Below, one piece after another: positions 56,903-64,000 of a stretch of 64,000 bases of DNA. The notes beneath the pieces are model-generated. The model saw nothing but the letters and a program-made list of their open reading frames with translations. It did not search any database and was not told the DNA's origin. Within the stretch, counting starts at the first letter, position 1. Each line of letters begins with the position of its first letter. The position numbers and the translations under genes are program-made. Source of the stretch: a virus; IMG/VR virus record IMGVR_UViG_3300006735_000013, positions 1-64,000 of that record; one strand, written 5' to 3'.

Positions 56903-57580
56903 TTAGACAATTTCGTCAGCAATTCCCAAGTTAATTGCCTCCTCCGCTGAGATGTAGACATCTCTTTGCGTCTTTAACATCTTCTTGATCTTAGATTTTG
57001 TCATCTTGGTATTTGCAGCCAAGACTTCAATATACTTTTCTTGGATCCACTTGATCTCTTCTAAATCGTTTTCCATGTTGAAAATCGTGCCACCGGTACC
57101 GGCCATGACATTGTGAAGCATAATACGGCAATGGCGAGCGACTTTGCGCTTGCCGGGTGTGCCGGCGGCGAGAATGGGAACACCTGCTGACATCACTTTG
57201 CCAATACCATAAGTGGAAATATCACAACAGCTTTTCTTGATCATCTCCATAATATCTAGTATTGAGAACATGTCACTTGCAGAGCCGCCATGTGTCGAGA
57301 CATATATATTGATTGGGCGCGACACAGTAATTATCTCAGAGTCTGGATCCGTTGGATCTTTTAGGGCCGGGGTTAATGCTGTGCTCTCAAGATATAAGAG
57401 TGCTGCGACGACCTCTGACCCTTTCTGTTCAGTTATATCACCATATAAACTTATTGTTCTGAGTTCTGGAGCTTGATCTTGCTGTGTCTGTATATTATTT
57501 ATGACAACAATCTGCTTGTCGTCTTCTAGAAGATCCTTGTTCTTCTTTTTCTTCTGCTCTTTGTTTTTCTTTTTGGTCAT
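56903..57580 (-). CDS. clpP: ATP-dependent Clp protease proteolytic subunit
   Basis: STHGG, GKVMSAG (catalytic Ser), RIMLH (His), RDVYISAEEAINLGIAD. Confidence 0.9.
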   Translation of the reverse strand: MTKKKNKEQKKKKNKDLLEDDKQIVVINNIQTQQDQAPELRTISLYGDITEQKGSEVVAALLYLESTALTPALKDPTDPDSEIITVSRPINIYVSTHGGSASDMFSILDIMEMIKKSCCDISTYGIGKVMSAGVPILAAGTPGKRKVARHCRIMLHNVMAGTGGTIFNMENDLEEIKWIQEKYIEVLAANTKMTKSKIKKMLKTQRDVYISAEEAINLGIADEIV

Positions 57581-57900
57581 TTCGCCTCTTGTAAATTTAT
57601 GATAATTTTTTGATTATGGATTTTCTTTCTCTCTACGAGATATATCACATTTTCTAGCCTTTCTTCAAACAAAAGTATTGTTTCGTTTGCGTCTGGATGA
57701 AACCCTGTTCCGACCCTTTTCCAACCTTCGAGTAATGTGACAACCTCCTTTCTAAGGTCAGGCCTAAAAGATAGTTGAAGTCTAAGTTTCCCATTTGCTG
57801 CCCAGTATATTCCTGTAATTTGCTCTTGCATGACAAACACCCTCCGTGAGCGATAGTGTTTGTTATAACTATTATACCAAACAAGCTTTAGCTTGTCCAT

Positions 57901-57930
57901 AAAAAAAACCCCAAAGATATTCTTTGGGGC
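57901..57930 (-). terminator. intrinsic terminator
   Basis: GCCCCAAAGA-ATA-TCTTTGGGGT followed by a U-tract. Confidence 0.8.
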
Positions 57931-57961
57931 TTTATGTATAAATGAGTTTTATTACAGGGGC

Positions 57962-58642
57962 TTAGCCTCTTGCTCTTTCCCTGACTATTCTTTTAGTCAC
58001 TCTGCGGAGAATCTCTTGGACCAGTTCTTCGTCTTCCTCTTCTCCGGCAGGTTCAGCGTCCATCTCAACATCCATCTCATCGTCACCGCCCATGTCACCC
58101 ATGTCACCCATGTCACCGCCCATGTCACCCATGTCGCCTTCGGCTTCCATAGCTTCCTTTAATCTCTCTCCGAGATCAATTAGAAGTTGTGCTTCTTCTT
58201 CTGTGAGGCTGATGTCTGCCTCACCCATCTCTTCAGGGCCTGCGTCTTCCATGTCCATCCCCATGTCCATGTCATCCTCGCCCTCGTCATCCATTCCAGG
58301 ATCATCGCCGGCATCGTCCGGTGCGTCTAGTTCTTCTTCCCCTTGTTCGAAAAGCTCATCAACGTCTTCGTCAATCTCTTCTACCTCTTCTTTCGTTAGG
58401 TGGTCAATATTTCTAAGGGCGGTCTTGAGGCCTTTGGGGTCGTAGTTTTTGGAATTCTTCTTGGGCTTCTTCTTGGCCGTGGCTTCTTTGTCGTCTTTGG
58501 CTTTTCTTTCGGCTTCGGCTTTTTTTTCGGCTTCGGCTTTGGCATTGGACTCTCGGACGAAGTTATCGGTAAGCGAATCCATGTTCGCCAATTTCATAAA
58601 GCGTCGTACTGTGTTTTCGCTTAGCAATTTCTTGTCACTCAT
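57962..58642 (-). CDS. highly acidic protein with GDM repeats (head scaffold/core-like)
   Basis: LLSENTVRRFMKLA leader; D/E-rich; 9/12-bp tandem repeats at 58081..58138. Confidence 0.6.
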   Translation of the reverse strand: MSDKKLLSENTVRRFMKLANMDSLTDNFVRESNAKAEAEKKAEAERKAKDDKEATAKKKPKKNSKNYDPKGLKTALRNIDHLTKEEVEEIDEDVDELFEQGEEELDAPDDAGDDPGMDDEGEDDMDMGMDMEDAGPEEMGEADISLTEEEAQLLIDLGERLKEAMEAEGDMGDMGGDMGDMGDMGGDDEMDVEMDAEPAGEEEDEELVQEILRRVTKRIVRERARG

Positions 58643-58712
58643 TTATAAAATCTCCTTTGCGTACAAAAATGGTGTAAAATACAATAATAAATAGTGTAAA
58701 ATTTATATAAAA

Positions 58713-58916
58713 TCATTTTTTTATTCTCTTGGAAAGTTTCTTTAGGGCCAACTTTTCAATCTGTGAAACTCTCACCAAAGATATACCCAATCTTTTGGAA
58801 ACCTCATCTAAGGTCATAGCTCCGTGTTTTTCAATAGCAGTGTAGATACAATTGTTGTCCTCCGGGTAGTCTATCCAACACCTACTGTCCTCTTCTTCAC
58901 AACATTTCTTTTTCAT
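58713..58916 (-). CDS. small sigma70 region 4 HTH protein
   Basis: MTLDEVSKRLGISLVRVSQIEKLALKKL. Confidence 0.8.
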   Translation of the reverse strand: MKKKCCEEEDSRCWIDYPEDNNCIYTAIEKHGAMTLDEVSKRLGISLVRVSQIEKLALKKLSKRIKK

Positions 58917-58919
58917 ATT

Positions 58920-59234
58920 TTATTCAAAATCTCCTTCTAGTATATCATAAATGTTTTGTTTGTCTTCGTCACTTAGTGCAAAATCACTTGCAATCTCATG
59001 TCCTGCTAAGATTTCTTTTTGCGATCTTTCTATCTTTTGCTTACCCATGGTGCGAAGCTTGCTCTTAATTTTAGCTATCACTTTAGCGAAATCTTTATCA
59101 TTATCAACATAAAGGCAAACCAGCTCCCTAAAAAAATTACCTTGCGTAATCTTATCGTACCTCAGTCTAGTAACAAGCCTGGCATATTGGTCTTCCTTGT
59201 CAACAAAGACAACTTTCTTTTGTTGCACTTTCAC
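58920..59234 (-). CDS. hypothetical protein
   Basis: GTGA coupling. Confidence 0.6.
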   Translation of the reverse strand: MKVQQKKVVFVDKEDQYARLVTRLRYDKITQGNFFRELVCLYVDNDKDFAKVIAKIKSKLRTMGKQKIERSQKEILAGHEIASDFALSDEDKQNIYDILEGDFE

Positions 59235-60268
59235 CTCTTCAAGATATGAGTACTGCTTTCAAGCTGACCTGCATGCGTCTGGTGTATAAAATTAGACTTT
59301 GCTTGTAGCTGAGATATGCTTCTAGCACCAGAATAAGAAAGTCCAGATTTTATATTCCTTTCAAGGTTTTCAATGATAGCACTCACGTTTCCTCTGTGAG
59401 GGATTGTTGTAGAGATACCCTCCAATGAGCGCGCTTTGCCTCTCCAGTCCATTTGTGCCTCTACGCTGGCCATGCCCCTATAGACCTTGTATTTCCTGTC
59501 GTCTGTGCCACTAAGGACCTCTCCTGGTGTCTCGTCTGTGCCTGCCAACATTGAGCCCAGCATAACAAAGTCAGCGCCGGCTGCCAGTGCTTTCACGATG
59601 TCGCCTGCGGTCCTAATCCCGCCGTCAGCGATAATAGTTGCTCCATCAATGGCTGCGCAATCCAAAACAGATTGAAATGTAGGCATGCCATGGCCGGTTT
59701 GGATTCTTGTAGAACAGATGGATCCTCCGCCGATTCCAATCCTAACTGCATCAGCACCCCAAGCTGATAGATCGTGGTATGCTTCAGGCGTGGCAATATT
59801 TCCTGCCATCACCAAAACATTGTCCGCAAAAGTATCTTTCAGCTTTTTGATTGCCGACTCTGCCATAGTGTGGTGACCATGAGCAACGTCCAAACAAAGA
59901 ACCCTAACTCCATTTTCGACTAGCAATCTAGCTCTTTTTTCAAAGTCTTCCGAAGAGCCAATGGCGACGGCTAACTTTGAAGAATAACTATTGCCCTCCT
60001 CCTCTAAGCGCATTCGAGCATCGGCAAAAACGCTAGCCTGATGAACTACTGAGTTGTACCTGTGCAGCACTCCTAAGCCTCCTAGTTTAGCCATGGCGCA
60101 CATCATCTCGCATTCTGTAACTGTGTCCATGGGACTAGAGATGATAGGTATCCTGAATTCTGTACTTCCAATTTTTGAGGTAATGTCAACCTCCTCTCTG
60201 CTTTTGATGTCACTCTTGGCCGGAACCAAGAGTACATCGTCAAAGCAATAAGTCTGCCTAAGTTTCAT
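59231..60268 (-). CDS. IMP dehydrogenase/GMP reductase family enzyme without CBS domains (GMP reductase favoured)
   Basis: [37 protein letters not shown]; the flap lacks the Arg-Tyr dyad. Confidence 0.85.
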   Translation of the reverse strand: MKLRQTYCFDDVLLVPAKSDIKSREEVDITSKIGSTEFRIPIISSPMDTVTECEMMCAMAKLGGLGVLHRYNSVVHQASVFADARMRLEEEGNSYSSKLAVAIGSSEDFEKRARLLVENGVRVLCLDVAHGHHTMAESAIKKLKDTFADNVLVMAGNIATPEAYHDLSAWGADAVRIGIGGGSICSTRIQTGHGMPTFQSVLDCAAIDGATIIADGGIRTAGDIVKALAAGADFVMLGSMLAGTDETPGEVLSGTDDRKYKVYRGMASVEAQMDWRGKARSLEGISTTIPHRGNVSAIIENLERNIKSGLSYSGARSISQLQAKSNFIHQTHAGQLESSTHILKR

Positions 60269-60503
60269 CTTCTAATGCCTCCTGACCTTCCTCGTAACAC
60301 TCGGTACACAGAAGGTCTATGTTTTCACTTTCCTGGTTGATCTTCCAATTATCAATATTCTGGCCGGCCTCTGGGCGTTTGCCGCATGCAGAACAAGCAA
60401 CCATCATCTTGAACTGTTTCATTTTAGACCTAAAGTCTTTCATGAATTGCTTTTTTGCGGCGTTCATTTGCTTTCTTTTTAGTTTCCTTGCAAATCCCAT
60501 CAC
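60258..60503 (-). CDS. zinc-ribbon hypothetical protein
   Basis: CSAC...CTEC. Confidence 0.6.
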   Translation of the reverse strand: MMGFARKLKRKQMNAAKKQFMKDFRSKMKQFKMMVACSACGKRPEAGQNIDNWKINQESENIDLLCTECYEEGQEALEDET

Positions 60504-60976
60504 GTATCTCCGGTGGAACCAAGAGATCCGGAACCTCTGGATGTTTTGCCGCCATAGACACTATCTTCTTCAATAAGCTTGAGGTCTGGTTTTTCAATTC
60601 TGACAAAAACTCCTTGGGCGATTTTTTGGCCAGGTGAAATATACTGTGGCTCGTTTCCTATGTTCTGAAGGTTTACAAAAATCTCCCCATTGTAACCTTC
60701 GTCTACTACACATGCACCGGTGACGAGCTGCTTCTTACTCGCAACACCAGACTTGTTCATAATCTGTAACATGCAGCCGCGAGGGACCTCCATCTTGACA
60801 CCGGTTTCTAACAGAGCGCTTGAGCCTGGCTCAACAGTCATAAGCTCTGGGGTCGATGGGCAGAAGAAAAAATCCATACCTGCATCCGTAGAGTGGGCCC
60901 TTACAGGCAGTTTTGCCATAGGTCTAGTCTTGTACACTCTTACTCTATCGTTTGTTTCATCAAAGATCATTAACAT
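60500..60976 (-). CDS. dut: dUTPase (trimeric)
   Basis: AGMD, KSG, VVDEGYNGE, KIAQ, RGSGSLGSTG. Confidence 0.92.
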   Translation of the reverse strand: MLMIFDETNDRVRVYKTRPMAKLPVRAHSTDAGMDFFFCPSTPELMTVEPGSSALLETGVKMEVPRGCMLQIMNKSGVASKKQLVTGACVVDEGYNGEIFVNLQNIGNEPQYISPGQKIAQGVFVRIEKPDLKLIEEDSVYGGKTSRGSGSLGSTGDT

Positions 60977-61614
60977 ACTCCTTTTTCTAATAAATCGTTT
61001 TCTTCAATAAGTGTATAGGTAAAGCTGTTTCCCCATTTATCTGCGGATTCTTGACATGTATCCATAAACTCATAAAAATCTTTGCTACTTTGGAAAACTT
61101 GACAACCCGCGGAGACGCCTCCGGTATTCACTCTAGCATCCGACCCCCAATGGCGATGGATGTTGATCCCAAACCAGCCCTGCTCCTCTGGGTTGTGATA
61201 GTCAGGCTTAGAGTCTCTGTTGTTGTCTCTGACCACTCTGACTTGGGCGCCACGTTGAATCAGAGCTGTGTAGCTCCTTTTGCCACCGTGAGTACCTATT
61301 CTGTAGGTGGAACGGTACTGGTCCGGAACAAGGATAGCAGTGCCTTTGTGTTGCACTGATCTTAGAGGCCTTTTGAGAATACTTGGGCCCGGCTCGGTAG
61401 TGGCTGGATACACATCACACACCCACTCTCCGTCGGTTTTGTAAAGTATGTTCAGAAAGTCATCAAACTTCGAAGCATCTCCTGAATCGTTTCTTACACC
61501 CACAATATTCAAATTGTAGTCTCCCTTTTCGAAGAAGGTGTATTTCTTTTCTGTAAATACCTTCTTATATTGTTCTACCATAACTTTGGCAGAAAGTCCA
61601 GTTAATCTTGACAT
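60970..61614 (-). CDS. L,D-transpeptidase (YkuD)-like protein, candidate lysin
   Basis: GINIH...SAGCQV His/Cys motif. Confidence 0.55.
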   Translation of the reverse strand: MSRLTGLSAKVMVEQYKKVFTEKKYTFFEKGDYNLNIVGVRNDSGDASKFDDFLNILYKTDGEWVCDVYPATTEPGPSILKRPLRSVQHKGTAILVPDQYRSTYRIGTHGGKRSYTALIQRGAQVRVVRDNNRDSKPDYHNPEEQGWFGINIHRHWGSDARVNTGGVSAGCQVFQSSKDFYEFMDTCQESADKWGNSFTYTLIEENDLLEKGVC

Positions 61615-61624
61615 ATTTATTCTC

Positions 61625-64000
61625 CTATGCTAAAAGCTTGAACATTTTTCTTACACTAAAAGTTGAAAATCCCCAATTGGGATCATACTTCAGTCTAGCC
61701 ATATATGGCCTGTTGATGTGAACCACATCCTTGTCCGGGTCAACACCCCAACATCTAATGGTTGTTGTCTCGTTGTTATCATCAATCACCTTTACTACAT
61801 AGAAGTTCTTTCCATTCTTTGACTTTTTTAGCTTGCACTCACGCGGAATAAACCAGGTGACTCCTAGGTCTGGGTCGAATTCTGAGATGGGTGGAACATA
61901 AAGCTCATCTAGCTTATTTCTCACTCTCGGTGTGACCACTGCATTGATCGGAAATACACCAGTCAAATTGACCAAATACTCAAGCTTTTCCTCTTCCGAA
62001 AAGTCACCTTCTGGTTCGTACTTGTCTATATTTTCTAGCAGATTCTTTTCTTTCCTTGGTCTATCCACGCAAACCGCGGACCAAAAGTGCTTGAGGCCGG
62101 TGAACCTTTCGTCGATCAACTCACTCAGTGCCTGGGCCCTGCATAGAGCATCCAAGGCTTTCTTGTTTAGTTTGGAATATCTAACTTCAGGATGAAATAA
62201 AAATTCTTCAACGTTGTTGAACGGGCGGTGCTCGATGATCTGCTGAATTGCAACCTCGCCTAGTCCCTTGATCGAAGTTAGTGGCTGAACTAGGGTCTTA
62301 CCTGCATCGCTAACTTCCCAGACTGTGCCACTAGTGTTGACGTTAAGTGGCTCTACCTTATAGCCCATTGACTTTGCAGTGGAAATGGCTCTTTCTTTTC
62401 TCTTTTCTGGCTCTTTATCCAGAAATGCGGCCAGCCACTCAGCTGGATAGTAGTTGAGCAGCCAAGCACATTGAAAGGACAGAATGCAGTAAGATACCGC
62501 ATGAGACTTGTTGAAGCCGTAACCTGAAAAGTATTCAAACTTGTTCCACAGCTCTCTTGCTTCGTGAGATGGTATACCCTTCTCTAGACAACCCTTATGA
62601 AACTTGTCAAAGATCTTATCCTTCTCCTCCACTGCAGCGCCTGTTCCCTTCTTGGTCAAAAGCTTGCGGAGCTTGTTGCCCTCGTCAAGAGTCAAGTCCT
62701 TACCCAGCTTGTGAGCGAGCATCGCGATTTGTTCTTGGAAGATTAGAAAGCCGTATGTCTCTTCCGTGACCTCTCTAACAATATCATTTAGATAGTCAAC
62801 GTCGTCGGGGTTCTGCTTTGCCCCAATAAACATCTTATCCACACCAGCTGACAGTGGGCCCGGGCGATAGATACTTGTAATAGAAGCAAGGTCTGTAATG
62901 TTATCAGGTTGTGCATTCTTACAGAATGATTGGGCGCCGCCTTCTGTGAACTGAAAGATGCCGGCCCACTTGCCTTTGTGGAAGACATTCTCCCATACTT
63001 GCGTATCTTCTAGGTCAATCTTGTCTGGGTGAAGATGTTCGTTGTAAAATGCTCTAACGTCTTCGAAGCTTGGGTTCTCCACATTATGGTGCCTTTTCAG
63101 GATTCTTTCCACGGCGCCTTCCATCATGCGCAAGGAAGCTAGGCCGAGGATATCAAACTTGATAAAACCCATAGGTTCAAGATGGCGTACGTTTTGGCCT
63201 TCGCTCCAAGGTGTCTGCCTTACGCCGCCGCTATTAATTAGCGGCATCCACTTATCTAGTTGCTCACCAACAACCACACCTCCAGCATGTCGACTAGCTG
63301 ACCTGGTTTGGCCATATAGAGTTTCTACGTGTGTTTTGATGTGTGGGTATTTTTGCAAAAACTTCTGCAGTGTTTCCGAATACTGCATCAGCTCTTCAAA
63401 TGTTGGTGCATAAACCCCAGCAGTGATCCCGTGTGCTTTCTTGGCAAGAGGTGTCGCCTCGTGGACCATCTTACTGGTTACGTTGTTAACTTCGGTAAAC
63501 TCGATACCATAAAACTTTGAGATATCTTTGATCAGAGATCTTAGCTGCAACGTGTTCCAATTGGTGATCGGCACCACAACATTATCCCCCCATTCATCAA
63601 TGAGGTGTTCTTTCAGCAACATAGGGTCAGAAACATCATAATCGATATCTGGGTATCCAGATCCTCCTTTTGTCAAGAATCTCTCGAATTGCAAACCATA
63701 CTTGATTGGATCAACTTGGGTAATGCCTAACACGTAGGACACTAGAGATCCGGCCGCTGAGCCGCGGCCAGGACCAACAAGTTGTCTGTTGACGGCCATA
63801 TCCGCGATGGCCTTCATAGTCAAGAAGTATTTGGAGAAGCCTCGCTTCTCAATAACATCGACTTCGTACCTTAGTCGATTAACATAGTCCTGCCTTTCAT
63901 GTAGATCTAGAGACCTAAGACCCTCGACAGACAATGCAGCCAAGGTTTGGCCGGCTGTACTTCCTTCAGGAACCACAAACTCTGGCAGGCGTACTGTGTT
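61625..64000 (-). CDS. dnaE: DNA polymerase III alpha subunit (5' end beyond the window)
   Basis: GPGRGSAAGSLV, PDIDYD, HAGGVV, KFDILGL, FNKSHA; frame is open to the window edge. Confidence 0.95.
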   Translation of the reverse strand, partial: NTVRLPEFVVPEGSTAGQTLAALSVEGLRSLDLHERQDYVNRLRYEVDVIEKRGFSKYFLTMKAIADMAVNRQLVGPGRGSAAGSLVSYVLGITQVDPIKYGLQFERFLTKGGSGYPDIDYDVSDPMLLKEHLIDEWGDNVVVPITNWNTLQLRSLIKDISKFYGIEFTEVNNVTSKMVHEATPLAKKAHGITAGVYAPTFEELMQYSETLQKFLQKYPHIKTHVETLYGQTRSASRHAGGVVVGEQLDKWMPLINSGGVRQTPWSEGQNVRHLEPMGFIKFDILGLASLRMMEGAVERILKRHHNVENPSFEDVRAFYNEHLHPDKIDLEDTQVWENVFHKGKWAGIFQFTEGGAQSFCKNAQPDNITDLASITSIYRPGPLSAGVDKMFIGAKQNPDDVDYLNDIVREVTEETYGFLIFQEQIAMLAHKLGKDLTLDEGNKLRKLLTKKGTGAAVEEKDKIFDKFHKGCLEKGIPSHEARELWNKFEYFSGYGFNKSHAVSYCILSFQCAWLLNYYPAEWLAAFLDKEPEKRKERAISTAKSMGYKVEPLNVNTSGTVWEVSDAGKTLVQPLTSIKGLGEVAIQQIIEHRPFNNVEEFLFHPEVRYSKLNKKALDALCRAQALSELIDERFTGLKHFWSAVCVDRPRKEKNLLENIDKYEPEGDFSEEEKLEYLVNLTGVFPINAVVTPRVRNKLDELYVPPISEFDPDLGVTWFIPRECKLKKSKNGKNFYVVKVIDDNNETTTIRCWGVDPDKDVVHINRPYMARLKYDPNWGFSTFSVRKMFKLLA

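Noticed and set aside
58081-58138. Functional DNA tandem repeat
   Set aside because: It is explained by the GDM/GGDM low-complexity coding repeat in an acidic protein.
1268-63520. Most plus-strand ORFs in the track
   Set aside because: They are antisense shadows of well-supported minus-strand genes. Only the 27.5-28.4 kb island has promoter, RBS and terminator support.
1-64000. Stop-codon reassignment (alternative genetic code)
   Set aside because: Long conserved genes are intact in the standard code; TAA, TAG and TGA all end genes; no suppressor tRNA was seen.
61625-64000. Intein or intron in dnaE
   Set aside because: Conserved motifs follow at normal spacing with no intein-like insertion in the visible part.
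1-64000. Bacterial chromosome segment
   Set aside because: Housekeeping-like genes (groL, clpP, purA, ssrA, dnaE) lack their usual operon partners and sit among phage-type small ORFs, CCA-less tRNAs and virion-like genes.

Overview
This 64-kb window reads as a segment of a large (jumbo-type) dsDNA bacteriophage genome. Genes are dense and almost all on the minus strand. Recognisable genes include a partial DNA polymerase III alpha, dUTPase, GroEL, ClpP, Hsp20, a MoxR/VWA pair, PurA, an IMPDH/GMP-reductase family enzyme, UvsE, a DNA methyltransferase, a tmRNA and four tRNAs. There are three zones. (1) 1-27 kb and 50-59 kb hold long probable virion/late genes, many preceded by an (A)CTA(T/A/C)TTA motif and carrying shared Glu-terminated N-terminal leaders. 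(2) 26.9-28.9 kb is a strand-switch region with CCTAC-rich non-coding blocks around a small plus-strand island. (3) 29-49 kb is an early/accessory region with 17 near-consensus sigma70 promoters and over 20 small SH3/KOW-like genes. The most striking structure is a cassette-like array of ~50-75 aa 'MKVGDLV...EVISESR' genes (9 in tandem at 42.0-43.6 kb, 3 at 32.6-33.2 kb). They are joined by a near-identical ~30-bp repeat that supplies the RBS, the start codon and the overlapping upstream stop, while the gene interiors are unrelated. All product calls come from motif recognition by eye; no database searches were run.
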